Shown: positions 1-12,615, counted from the stretch's first letter. The stretch is 64,000 nucleotides of DNA from Eledone cirrhosa (GCA_964016885.1 OZ024744.1:84382001-84446000), one strand, 5' to 3'. Notes: generated by a model not told the origin, from the letters alone. Made by a program: numbers and translations.

Positions 1-33
1 AGCTACATGACATTTTGAAATAAAAATTCTGCC

Positions 34-733
34 TCATTTAATCGTGCTATCCAATAATGAAGATATAATAACCGATGCCAACATTCTTTTGCAGGTTATG
101 AACTTAAAAACAGATTTACCAAAGTAAAATAATTCGCCATGTTTCTCAGCACAAGAGAACAGCAGCACTAAAATAAATATATTTCCAGTCTTTTAAACCC
201 TTTCGTGAGAGGAATCCGAGTCGATTATGTATGTTTTAATATTTAAAAGTATAAATATCTAACAACATTAGGTGATATATAAATAAAAGCTGTAATGTTG
301 TTCAATATTTAGAGAAATAGATTCACATTATTTTAAGGCTAAATGCTTATTACTTACCAATATTAATGGTGTCTGAATCAAAATTAAGGGTTCTGCATAT
401 TTGAGGTTTGGGACCATACTTTTTAAAAAGAAAAAATGGTCTATGCTTTCTACGAATAACATGTTCTTTTTTAGGGTAGAATTCCCAAATTTCTATTAGA
501 ACTGGTTCGCCATTCATTTTGATAGGTTCCTGCTGAAAATAATGTGCGTATTATAAAATAGATTTAAATAAGTAGATACTAATAATTGGCAATAAAAAAA
601 AAATGAATGAACTTTCTTCAACATTTCATTTCGTATAAACATTTAGAATATAAAGAAAGAAAATACAAGATAAATACTTAGTATATAATGATAAAAATAA
701 TTAACATTTTAAATATCTTACTTGATGATTCAT
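34..733 (-). CDS. Spliced small protein gene, copy A; join(733-722, 532-358, 167-34), 106 aa MNHQQEPIKMNGEPVLIEIWEFYPKKEHVIRRKHRPFFLFKKYGPKPQICRTLNFDSDTINIVLLFSCAEKHGELFYF...STIK; possible RRM-like fold
   Basis: Canonical splice sites on the minus strand (CAA|gtaaga, ttttcag|CAG, ATTG|gtaagt, attttag|TG). Exon phases are compatible (0 then 1), only one frame is open in the 175-nt exon, and the structure is conserved in the paralog at 22733-23430. Confidence 0.7.
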
Positions 734-830
734 CGTTAGAAATATATGAAGCTCTGGCAGTCACTGGTAAATTAAATCATGAAATAAATATTTAACTTCC
801 ACACTATATATAGTGTTGACGTTGGCTCAC

Positions 831-878
831 TTGAACCGTCTTTTTTCTATTTTGGATGGTTGTATTAACAGTTTACCC
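831..878 (-). other. 48-nt probable 5'UTR exon of gene copy A
   Basis: Acceptor tgttatag| and donor |gtgag; same boundaries at 23528-23575 (-) and 32995-33042 (+). Confidence 0.55.
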
Positions 879-935
879 CTATAACACAAAATGGATTAAC
901 TTAACTGGCAAGTTTTCATGCGCATATAAACACCC

Positions 936-1010
<75 letters not shown>

Positions 1011-1011
1011 G

Positions 1012-1112
<101 letters not shown>

Positions 1113-1138
1113 CGAGTGAGAGAGAGAGAGAAAGAGAG

Positions 1139-1230
1139 AGTAATAATAACAAGTTTGAAGTCTAAAATCCAAAGAGGGCTCGATAAGGATAAGCAGCGAT
1201 TCCTTGCTTAAACTTTAATCTGTTATTTTA

Positions 1231-1236
<6 letters not shown>
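1139..1236. mobile_element. Internally deleted copy of fold-back pLTR-like family P1 (tail fused to terminal arm); paralog at 33376-33472
   Basis: Matches the tail and right end of the complete element at 56164-56762. Confidence 0.65.
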
Positions 1237-1322
<86 letters not shown>

Positions 1323-1344
1323 ATATACACATATATATATATTA

Positions 1345-1391
1345 TGAACTATTCAGAACCCTTAATTTTGATTCAGACACCAGTAATATTG
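1345..1391 (+). pseudogene. Gene relic D: truncated 3' part of the hypervariable exon (ELFRTLNFDSDTSNI)
   Basis: Matches 33683-33729; its 5' part is replaced by (TA)n. Confidence 0.7.
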
Positions 1392-1574
1392 TAACTGCTT
1401 GTATTTGCATACCCATAGCGAGTGTTTTCGCGTATGCTTGTGTATGTACGTATATGGATGCGTGTACGTATATTTTTAATTTCAATTACCTCTGTATTTT
1501 ATGTACTTTATTTTTAACTCTGAAGCCGAGAATCATTTGGTTTCCTAAATAGCATTTTATTCTACGCCTTCAGT

Positions 1575-2462
1575 TATACAACAGAACCCTCTGTGTTCAG
1601 GGAACGTGAGGCCGCCTGTGAAACGTGGGACAGGGTGGGACTTAGCACGGTAGACGTCCCTCCTCCTTCTCCCCTGTTGACGTCAAATCCCCCCAACCAG
1701 CACCGCCTTGCTTGTTTTCGTGCGGCCTCCAAACCGCACAGTGGTGCCTGGCTCCATGCTCTGCCCTCCTTCTCCACTGGCACGCAGCTAGACAACAGTA
1801 GCCTGCGAATCGGCGTTTCCCTGAGTGTCGGCCTCCGGATCTGCCAGCCACAACAATGTCGCTGCGGTTCCACCGTGGACTCTTTCGGCCTTCACCCTCT
1901 TTGCTGTCGCCACAGTGCCGGCCGCATTCCACGCCATACTGCCCTCAACAAGGTCATTAAGCATGGCTTGGACGCTGCAGGCTTCCCTTGCCAGCTTGCT
2001 ACGGTGGGGCTGGATCGAGGGGACGGCAAAAGGCTAGATAGCATGACCATATTCCCGCGGTGGCAAAACCCTAGTCTGGGATGACACTTGCACCGACACT
2101 TTCTGCAGCCGCAACCTGGTGCAGTCTGCGACTGACCCAGGTTCTGCTGCACGTCGGGCTGAGGGGGCCAAACTCTTCAAATACCGGTCGCTCTCCGACA
2201 GGTTTGCGGTCGTTTCCCTGGCAGTGGAAACTTCTGGTGTCCTAGGCCCCAGGGCTACCTCCTTACTCACCACCATAGGCGCTGAGCTGGCCAGCCGCAG
2301 GTGTGAGCTCCGCGAGTTGGAGTGGCTTTTCCAGCGCGTCTCCATTTCCGTCCTTCGGGGAAACGCCTTCTCCATTCTGTCCGCCGGGGCTGTGAGTGGG
2401 CCCCATAGCGTACCAATACATTAGTTAAATACCATTCTTTCATCTTATACAACACAATAAAG
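1575..2462 (+). mobile_element. CRE-clade non-LTR retrotransposon 3' fragment (CCHC zinc finger plus restriction-like endonuclease), frameshifted
   Basis: Motifs HSGAWLHALP, CRCG..D..G.H.LCC, RH..LN, GKR.D, WD.TCTDT, AVETSGVLGP, QRVSISVLRGN. Confidence 0.85.
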
Positions 2463-2467
2463 ATTTT

Positions 2468-2875
2468 ATAGAATATTCATAAATTGTTATACCATTTACG
2501 TGGTTTTGTCTTTGCGTGTAATTGTTCTCGTTACTCCACATAATGTAGTATTATCTACGTTTTTTCCGTTCATTGCCAGAGAACGTCTCTATGAACCATC
2601 TAATAGAATATTCGTCTACGACTTCATTTATAACATAAACGTGGTTTTGTCTTTGCGTGTAATTGTTTTTCACCGCTCAAAATAATGACGTATTATATTC
2701 GTTTTTTTTTTCGTTCTTTGCCAGGGAACGTTTCCACGAACCAAAGTATCGTCTTACTGATTTCCTTTGGTTACAACTTTTTTTGAAATTTTTAATTCTG
2801 CTTTCACAGATTGACTTTATTAGTTTCAGAAGATCCTGTTAAGGGTCAAAGCAGCGATTCTTTGCTTAAACTTTT
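2468..2875 (+). mobile_element. Single arm of pLTR-like family P1; paralog at 34808-35210
   Basis: Homologous to 56471-56762 and ends in (TA)n. Confidence 0.65.
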
Positions 2876-2876
2876 A

Positions 2877-2924
<48 letters not shown>

Positions 2925-2925
<1 letters not shown>

Positions 2926-3200
2926 CCCTATTCCAACGGCTTATTTTAAATGTACTGGGATTTAAACCTCTCCGACACTAATTTGCATAATAGAAAAATA
3001 ATAAAATTAGTAACCCCACTATCCCTGAGCTTCCAACCGACATGGTCGCATTCTTTAAGGGTATGTCAATTTTTTGTTTATAAAACTGATCTATATTATA
3101 TTTTATGTGATGAAAGCGCACCATAATTTGCTTTGGTGTCCTTGAAATATCTATGATGAAATAAATATGGTTTTATAAATATAGTTTCAATTTGTTAATA
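2925..3200 (+). mobile_element. Diverged PLE pLTR fragment with a decayed hammerhead (GTGATGA...GAAA)
   Basis: 3150-3195 resembles the reverse complement of 28620-28670; flanked by (TA)n. Confidence 0.5.
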
Positions 3201-3241
3201 TATTGTATGTATATATATATATATGTATATATATTTATATG

Positions 3242-3272
<31 letters not shown>

Positions 3273-3379
3273 AAATATATGTATATATATATGTATATAT
3301 ATATATGTATATATATACACAGTTCAAGAGCAACCAATCTTAAAGAGAGAGATGGAGATAGGGGAGGAGATATGAGAGG

Positions 3380-4330
3380 AGAGATTGGTGAATTAGTTAG
3401 AAGCCAAAGCGTAAAGGCATGTGCTCAATGTGCAATATGCAGTAGAAAGCAGCTAGGTGTCTGTGTTCATGCAGAAGTTGGGTGCGCAGAGCTGGAAATA
3501 TTCATTAGTTAAGCAAAACAAGACCACAAATTTCACAAAGAAGGCATTATTAAATCTCGACAGATGTTCGACCACGCTAGCTAGGCTCATTAAAAACCTT
3601 AAATTGAGCAACGTTCAACACTCACTAAAATGGGATATCGTGGCTAGGGCCCAACCGTTCAATGGACGAAAAAATCTTGTGCTCTCTGTATTACAGAAGC
3701 ATATTACATAACTCTATCACGACCTCTACCGATTAACGATAGAATGGAGGTAACTATTAGCTGTCAACATCGAGGGGCTAATTCCTTCGCCAATAGAATA
3801 TTTTTCCCAACTTAGTCATCTAGCCCCATTTTTACTTGTAGCTAATAAGTTAAATATTTATGACTAACTTAGATAATTATAAGTTACCTCCCCTACATTG
3901 TCTCTCTATTAAAAAATTAAAAAATTAGCACTTAACTCGAAACTACCCACAATTTCTAATCTCTCGATGAGTTACTTCCCCTGAAACCACCCTCTAATTA
4001 GTAAGGTAAATATGTCCTTTGGCAACCATCTTGTTACCCATAGGCAGATCTCTCACAATGCAGCCTCGACAGATGAATATTGCTTGATTATGGCTGACAA
4101 CTGATGCAACCAAGACACCATAGTGAAAAAGCAATATATGGAACATTATATTATGTAACATACTCTCCTTATTTTAATTTATATTCCTTTGAAGTTCCGA
4201 TGAGCCGCTCTGTTTTTTAAATATGTGAATTATATTCAACTGAACCAGATCAATAATGATATATAGTCATCTGATCCAGAAATATGATATGGAGTAGCGA
4301 AACAATTGTAAACGGACATTATTATTATTA
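3380..4330 (+). mobile_element. Penelope-like (Naiad-type) 3' fragment: degenerate GIY-YIG C-terminus, 3'UTR and pLTR; paralog at 39690-40635
   Basis: STTLARLIKNLK...KWDIVARAQPFNG...CxLCITE...IND.RME....CQHR across frameshifts; hammerhead downstream. Confidence 0.75.
4194..4313 (+). ncRNA. Type I hammerhead ribozyme-like motif with CCGAUGA core variant and long stem II insert; paralog at 40498-40617
   Basis: GTT-CCGATGA-GCCGCTC...GGAGTAGC-GAAA-C(AATT)G-TA-AAC. Confidence 0.6.
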
Positions 4331-4340
4331 ATATTATTAA

Positions 4341-4530
4341 GGGCGGTAGATTGGCAGTATCGGTAGAGGGTCGGACGCCATGCTTTGAAGCATACGGTTA
4401 CCTCCCTTTATGATCTTAGTTCAAATCCCGCCGAGATTAACTTTGCCTTTCATCCTTACGGGGTCGATAAAATAAAGTACCAGTAATGCACTGAAATTGC
4501 TGACCTTGTGCCAAAAGTAGAAACAATTAT
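4341..4530 (+). mobile_element. tRNA-derived SINE; further copies at 40645-40835, 55001-55210 and 63275-63465
   Basis: A-box-like TGGCAGTATCGG, B box GTTCAAATCC, conserved core CTTTGCCTTTCATCCTTACGGGGTCGATAAAATAAAGTACCAGT and (ATT)n tail; four copies in the window. Confidence 0.85.
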
Positions 4531-4651
4531 TATTAATATTATTAATATTATTCTCTACATTCCTTACATCAAACTATAATATGTTGACAATCTTTTAATA
4601 ATGTCTTCCTTGTGAAATTTGTGGTCTTGTTTTGCTTAACTAATGAATATG

Positions 4652-4751
<100 letters not shown>

Positions 4752-4825
4752 CATATATGTATATGTGTGTATATATATATATATGTATATATATATATGT
4801 ATATATGTGTATATATATATATATA

Positions 4826-4894
<69 letters not shown>

Positions 4895-4963
4895 GTATAT
4901 ATATATGTATATATATATGTATATATATATGTATCTATATATATATGTATATATATGTATATA

Positions 4964-5064
<101 letters not shown>

Positions 5065-5100
5065 GTATATATATATATATGTATTTATATATATATATGT

Positions 5101-5673
5101 ATATCCATGTGCAAACATGCAGTATTCTTACTCACCTTGTTGTTCATATATATTTACCTAAACTGCGATTATCTGTTTCTCTCTTTCTCTCTTACTGCTC
5201 CCCCTTTGTCTCTGTTTCTCTTACCTTCTTTCACGCTCTCTGTAAGTTACACTCTTTCTCTCGACTGACCTCTTCCTCGCACTTCCACTCACTCACTCTC
5301 TGTTTTCCCCTTCTCACTTCCTCCCGTTCGCTACTTGTGGGGTTCCTTCTTTCTCACACTGCACTCACGGCGTACGGTCTGCTTCTCTGACCGCTCATGA
5401 AATTCACCCAGATATGCTGATCGGATAACTACCATGTGGCTTGCTGTTTTCCAACCTTCGGTTTGCTTTTCCTTCTGTTGTTTACTTGTCTCACTCGCTT
5501 TACGCGTTTCACTTGTCCCAATAGCTTATTTTAGTTATTGCTCGCACCAACCTGAGGTATCTGATTTTTACTGCGATGAAATACCAATGATGGTTGGCAA
5601 AATCACTGATGAGGGACTAATTTTATAATATGTAATACATGTGCAACGATGCAATATTCTTCTTCCCCTTGTT

Positions 5674-5680
<7 letters not shown>
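5101..5680 (+). mobile_element. Non-coding ~540-bp unit with ~45-bp terminal direct redundancy between (TA)n tracts; paralog at 43763-44345
   Basis: catgtgcaaccatgcagtattcttcttccccttgtttttcatata occurs at both ends; CTGATGA at 5606-5612. Confidence 0.55.
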
Positions 5681-5729
<49 letters not shown>

Positions 5730-5732
<3 letters not shown>

Positions 5733-5928
5733 AAATAAAGTTAAATAAAATTTCAAATGATTATAATTTAGCTTCGTTTATTACTGCTATATATATTTCA
5801 GTGACAGCCATACTAATTCAGGCAGTTTGAATTAGTATGGTATAGACAAGTACATATGTTGTTGAGGTGTATAATATTGTCAATACTCTGATATGCCCAG
5901 TTCCTGGTTGGGTTGTTATTTCATATAT
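5730..5928 (-). mobile_element. pLTR family P2 fragment; also at 44465-44678 (-) and 32275-32570 (+)
   Basis: Three homologous copies, two of them with an intact hammerhead. Confidence 0.7.
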
Positions 5929-5929
5929 G

Positions 5930-8900
5930 TAACAACTATCAACAGAAAGTAAAAACTATCAACATGTGTGAGTGTGTGCGTGCGTAAGTTTGCGTGCCGT
6001 GCGCGTTTCCATGCGTGTATGTGTGGGTACGTGTGACATTCCACAATCGCCACGCAGTTAATCTGTCTGTGTGCCTGTCTGTCAGTCTAACATACACAGA
6101 GTTGTGAAGGGAGTAAATAGGGACCTTTCTTTACATTGACTGACATCTTTTATATTTATTATTGTGTCATTTTTTGACAATTGCTCGAAATGAATACTGA
6201 TAATAAAAGCAATTCGACTTTATCAAACAGTGAACTACAGCGGCGACGGTCTGCAGCCCGCAATGAAGAAACGGGCCAAACAGCGCCATCGGAACGCCGA
6301 ACTTCAGAGGCGAAGACGTGCCGCCATGAATGAAGAGGAGCTGACCGAACAACGCCAACGAAACACTGGAGCCAAGCAGCGACGGCGTGCCGCGATGGTT
6401 GAAGACGAACTGGCTGAGCATCATCAGCAGATGGCCAGAATTCAGCAGCAACGGCGTGCTACGTTGGATGAAGTGGAGCTGGCTGAACAGCCCCAGCGCA
6501 ATACAGAAGTTCAGAGAGTGTGTCGCCAAAGTGCTCCTCATTCCAGTAAAGAGGCTAGAAGGCGAACGGATGATATTAAAAATAGATCATGGCAACCGTG
6601 TCATTTTCAGATTGGTGGATGAACAGAGTGTCCACATTGTGGAGCATTGCTTCGGAGGCACGAAAAGACGTGGGCCACAATGTGCTGTCATAAAGGAGCA
6701 GTTTAACTAGAACCCTTGCGAAGGCCGGATGATGAGGAGTCACTGGCGTTTAAAATACTAAGTATGTGGGGTAATCAAGGAGACCGAGGGAGATTATTGC
6801 GCAAATATTTGCGGCAAATTAACAATTCATTAGCTTTAGCATCGTAGAGAGTTAGTAAGATGTTTGAGAGTGGAGCATGGCAGCCGAATGTAGTCATCAT
6901 TCAAGGCCCATTGTATCGTTAATTTAGAAGTTTCCCCAGGAGAGAGGCCTTGATTCGCTTATAGTTAATCGGAGGAGGATATCAGAATCGGTTGGATGAA
7001 GTTGCCGGGAAATATAACTGAACTTGAACCGTGATTTGCAATCATGGCTTACACAGTGTAATCCATATGTTATGGATTTCATGTTGGTTGCTGACCTGCA
7101 AAATGTTCAGCAGCAAACATTGGTGATTAAGGCTGTCACAGTGCCAAGGAATCAACACGAACTGCCATATAATGCCCCTGAAGGATTTCGTGAATTTGCT
7201 GTGTTGATGGACGATAAGCCTGGATGGAAAGATATCGTCCTCGATCGCAGAGATTGTGGTCTCAAGACTATCAATGAGTCAAATAGGGCATACGATCCAT
7301 TGCATTATGTTCTTTTATTCCCAAAAGGTGAAAATGGATAGAACATGTCTGTTTATTTAGATGATCATGAGAATCATCTAAATAATGTATATATATATAC
7401 TCCATATCATATTTCTGGATCAGATGACTATATATACTCCATATCATATTTCTGGATCAGCTGACTATATATCATTATTGATCTGGTTCAGTTGAATATA
7501 ATTCACATATATAAAAAACAGAGCGGTTCATCGGAACTTCAAAGGAATATAAATTAAAATAAGGAGAGTATGTTACATAATATAATGTTCCATATATTGC
7601 TTTTTCACTATGGTGTCTTGGTTGCATCAGTTGTCAGCCATAATCAAGGAGTATTCATCTGTCGAGGCTGCATTGTGAGAGATCTGCCTATGGGTAACAA
7701 GATGGGTGCCAAAGGACATATTTACCTTACTAATTAGAGGGTGGTTTCAGGGGAAGTAACTCATCGAGAGATTAGAAATTGTGGGTAGTTTCGAGTTAAG
7801 TGCTAATTTTTTAAATTGTTAATTGAGAGACAATGTAGGGGAGGTAACTTATAATTATCTAAGTTAGTCATAAATATTTAACTTATTAGCTACAAGTAAA
7901 AATGGGGCTACATGACTAACAGGGAGGTGGCAATAGACACAATAATTCGATTCGAGACTTTTACGCGTTTCATTTGAACGAGAGGGATCAACAGAGAAAT
8001 GCGCTATTTCAAGCCAGCAGATTGTTCCAGGAATACTGTTGTATGGCATTCGCAAAGATCGAAAATCAAAGGTTAAATTATATAGCTACATATCAGCAAC
8101 ATATCCGAGCTGAATTGTATAATAATATACAGGATGCAATAACAGCCGATGATGCCAATTACAAGCAAATTGGTCAACGTATCATTTTGCCATCGTCGTT
8201 CATCGGTGGCCCGAGATATATGAAGATTCGCTATCAGGATGCAATGGCTATTGTCAGAAAGTTTGGAAAGCCAGATTTGTTTATAAGAGTTACATGCAAT
8301 CCTGAATGAACTAATATTAAAGAAGGAATTTTGCCAGGACACCAACCAAAGAACCGTCCTGATATTGTGACAAGAGTATTCAAAGGATATGTGAAAAAGA
8401 TAATGGATGATGTGGAAAAAGAGGGAATCTTTGGAGGTATGGTTCCTTTTACATACGTAATTGATTTCCAAAATAAGAGGATTGCCACATGCACATTTGC
8501 TGATCATTTTACATAGAGATTGCAAATTGAGATGTGCTGGGGATGTCGGCAGCATTGTGTGTGCTGAACTGCCAGAGAGTGAGACACTACGCAACTTGGT
8601 GGCAAAGTCAATGGTTCAAAACCAATGCGGTGTGGCAAATCGGAAAGCGCCTTGCATGAAAAATGGCCAATGCAGTAAGCACTTTCCGAAATCTTTTGTC
8701 ACGAACACTTCCTGGAACGATAGGGATGCTCATCCCTCATACAGAAGACGGTCGCCTGCAGATGGCGGTTTGGTCGAAAATATAAACGGTCGACAGGTTA
8801 CAAATCAATGGGTTGTGCCATACAATCCATATTTGATTATGAAATATCGTTGTCATATTAATGTGGAAATTTGTAGCTCAGTGAAAGCTTGCAAATATCT

Positions 8901-11900
8901 ATTCAAATATGTTTACAAAGGTCATGATCGGGCAATGATCAATGTCAGGAATGAGGAAGCGAGCCAAGGAGATGAAGTTGGCAGGTTCCAGGATGTTCGC
9001 TCGATTGGATCTAGCGTAGCTTGCTGGAGATTGTTCGATTTTGATCTCAATGAACGCAAACCCAGCGTTCAGAAATTGACGGTTCACTTACAGAATAGGC
9101 AAATGCTGTTTTCAGGACACTAGAAGAGGTGTCGAAAGAATTTCTAACGCACCACCTCCTAAGATGGAATTGACTGAGTGGTTCAAGCATAATAGGGAAC
9201 ATGCTTTGAACCCGGATCAAAGGCAACTCTATGGCGATTTCCCTTCGTACTATACGTGGGATAAGAAGGGAAAGAAATGGAATGATAGAAAACAAAAGCT
9301 GAGATTCATGACTATTGTACGGGTTTGTAATGTCCATCCACCATCTGGTGATGTGTTTTATCCCCGAATTCTGTTGCATAATGATTTTTCGCTGATTTGT
9401 AAACAATCAATGGCGTGGAATATGAAACATACCAGGCTGTGTATCAGCATCTGGGAATCATTCAGGATGACGCTGAATGGAATAACGCTATGGAAGCTGC
9501 AGGAACAACACAGATGCCAGCTCAAATAAGGCAGTTGTTTGTCACGATTCTAGGATTCTGCAATCCTACCGATCCAAGAGAGTTATTTGAACGCCATTGG
9601 GGAATTATGGTTGATGATTTTAGGCATCATCTTCAGGTCGATGATAAAAATTTGATGAAAGCTATTGTTTTGCTCAATCTTGAGCAACTGCTTGAAGTTC
9701 ATTTCAAATATTTAACAGATTTCAATTTGCCAATTCCTGATTAAGAAATGCGGCAACGTGTCATAGAATTGAAAATGGGATTGCAGCTTAGACGGTTGCC
9801 ACTCGATCGGAGGGAACTATTCCAGTTTGATCCACTGGAACAGCAACGTATTGTGGGTGAACGTTTGGCACTGTTGACCCAATATCAGAGAGAATTGGTC
9901 GATGGCGTTCTCCACTCGATTTCCACTAATGAGCATCTTTGTGCTTTCATAGATGCTCCAGGAGGCACCGGAAAGACATTCTGTTTCAACACTATCTTAT
10001 CGGCAGTCAGAGCTCAGAGGAAGTTGCTCTCCCTGTGGCGACCAGTGGGATCGCTGCCACTTTGCTGAGTGGTGGAAGGACCTTCCACTCAAGCTTCAAG
10101 GCTCTATTAGCTCCGGATGAGTTGAGTGTCTGTAACATTACAGCACAAAGTAAAATCGTGGGCCTTATACGCAATACGTCTCTGATTATTTGGGACGAGG
10201 CTCCAATGGCACACATATATTTGCTGGAGGCATTGGACATAACTTTGAGAGATATCTGCGGTAGTGACCTGCCATTCGGTAGTAAGACTATCGTTCTTGG
10301 TGGCGATTTCAGACAGGTTCTACCAATTGTTAGGAATGTTCAAAGAGCGCAAATTGTCGATGCATGTCTGAAAAAGTCCCCGTTGTGGCGCCATTTCAGA
10401 GTTTTGCGATTACACGATAATATGCGACTTCGTATGTTCGGGCAAAACGAAGAGGCTGAGACATACGGCCGATGGTTGATGCAGTTGGGAAACGATGAAT
10501 TGCCACACGTTGGTGATAATCAGACTGTAAGAATCCCAGACTATTTGGTCTTGCCACTGGACCGCCAAGCATCGATTGACTGGGTGTTCCCTAATTTGAA
10601 TGCTTTTTGGCAGAATATCTCCTGGATATCGGAACGCGTCTATTCTAACTCATACGAATAGAACGGTCGATGAAATAAATTCACAAGTAGCCGGAATATT
10701 TCCTTGAGAAGACTGGTTGACCGTCAGTGCGGATGCAGTGGAGCCTAATCAGCAGAACAATATGGATGTTCCGACTGAGTATCTGAATTCACTTCAAATA
10801 CCCGGATTCCCCCCCCCCCCCCCCTCCACACATATTTTGATTGAAAAGGGGTATGCCGATTATATTGCTTAGAAATATCAATCATAAAATTGGTCTTTGC
10901 AATGGTACCAGATTGATTGTTGAGAGATTGATTAACGGAAGAGTTTTAGAAGCTAAACACCCAGGCAGAGAAGACTCGGTTCTCATTCCGAGGATTATGC
11001 TGAGACCAAGTGAAGATCTGCTGCCATTTATTTGGCGAAGGAGACAGTTTCCCGTTAATTTGGCCTTCTCCATGTCTGTCAACAAGGCACAGGGATAGAC
11101 TTTCAACCGGGTCGGTGTCTACTTGAATGATCCAGCATTCAGCCATGGGCAACTGTATGTTGCTGCATCTCGAGTGTGCGATCCTGATGGTATAAAATTT
11201 GCAATTGATACCACTAACAGAGGAATAAACCTGAATATTGTCTATAATGAAGCTTTGAGCTGATGTATGCATATCTTTAATGTTATCAATAAGCGACGTA
11301 AATTATTCGGACATTGGTATCCTTCGATCAGTATTGCAAGGTTTGACAGAGTTATCATTTATGTTCAATGTCATTTAATGTCTTTATGAGCAATAAAACA
11401 AACAAGTATTGGTAAAAATTGCTTTGACTGCTATGTTGCGCAATAAATACCAACAAGTATTGTTAGAAATTGACTTCACTGCTATGAATATTCGACATAA
11501 AGGATTCAGACATTGGTGTCCTTTCATCAGTATTGTGAGCTTTGACAGAGTTATCATTTCTGTTCAATGTCATTAATTGTCGATAATGAGCAATAAAAAC
11601 CAACAAGTATTGGTAGAAATTGCCTTCAAATTTATTGCTTCTGATAGCGGTGGTAATAAAACTTCATCATATGCTGAGTCTGGCAAAACGTTTGGTGCAT
11701 ATGGCCGGCAGGGCTAGAGTTTTATTGAAAAACGATTCTGTTTTCGAAGTAGAAGCATCCGCCATTTGGAGCTCAAACCAGCCCACCTCCCCGAGTTGAA
11801 CTCTGGCCAATATTGACTGTCTATTACTCAGTGGCTAAGAGCCTGGAAATTACTGAATAAATTTTTGTGTCATATAATTTGTTGTTTTATTATTATAGCT

Positions 11901-12222
11901 GACCACTTACAGATAAGCATGTTATCCATATCCATATTAATTTGGCATTTGTATAAACTATTTCAAGTAAATAGGGACCTTTTTTACATTGACAGACATC
12001 TTTTATATTAATTATCTATATCTATATCTACATATAATATAAAAGATTGGAATTCCATGATCCTTTTGAGAAAATGACTGTATTGGATATTTGTCTGGTT
12101 ACAGTATGAGGCGAGTCCGTGGTGTCTGTGTGATACAAAAATACAGTACAAAAAATCTTCCAGATATATTAGATTCTTCGTTATCATCTGTTTACCCGGG
12201 CGAAGCGGGGTACATGAGCCAG
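5930..12222 (+). mobile_element. Autonomous-type Helitron (Rep/PIF1 helicase), decayed, copy 1
   Basis: Rep motifs PDLFIRVTCNP, FQ.RGLPHAH, KYLFKYVYKG; helicase motifs DAPGGTGKTF, IIWDEAPM, GGDFRQVLP, LCNGTRL, RRQFPV, FSHGQLYVAASRV; 3' hairpin cccgggcgaagcgggg followed by CCAG; many stops and frameshifts. Confidence 0.95.
7381..7920 (-). mobile_element. PLE 3'UTR fragment inserted in the Helitron Rep region
   Basis: Reverse complement of about 3812-4297; absent from the paralogous Helitron at 46510-46530. Confidence 0.85.
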
Positions 12223-12237
12223 TATATATAGATATAT

Positions 12238-12271
<34 letters not shown>

Positions 12272-12524
12272 GAGTGTGACAGTTAAATAATACTAATAAT
12301 TGTTTGTGTGTATTCAACTAATTTTGCCTCCTTTAAGCTGACTGTCGACTTATTTAGGAAAATTGTATAGGGAGGCAGTTGGAGGAGAATTTACTGTTAT
12401 TTCTAGCACACAGAAATCGTCTTTTCGTCCACTATGATATCATATAGAAAAAGGGAACCACAACACTTCACACTCTCTCTACTAAAACATTTCTTCGTTT
12501 GTTGTCTGCTGGTCTGACATCTGA

Positions 12525-12528
<4 letters not shown>
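12272..12528 (+). repeat. Unclassified interspersed repeat; also at 50853-51112 and, more diverged, 54550-54750
   Basis: Shared gactgtcgactt...ggcagttggaggagaattt block. Confidence 0.65.

Positions 12529-12615
<87 letters not shown>

Noticed and set aside
4341-4430. tRNA gene
   Set aside because: The A/B boxes belong to a multi-copy SINE head; no cloverleaf.
9939-10661. Host PIF1 helicase gene
   Set aside because: Intronless, fused to Rep, bounded by a Helitron 3' hairpin, and disrupted.
11300-11630. Spaced direct repeats resembling a CRISPR array
   Set aside because: Irregular subrepeats in the Helitron 3' region of a eukaryote; no unique equal-length spacers and no cas genes.
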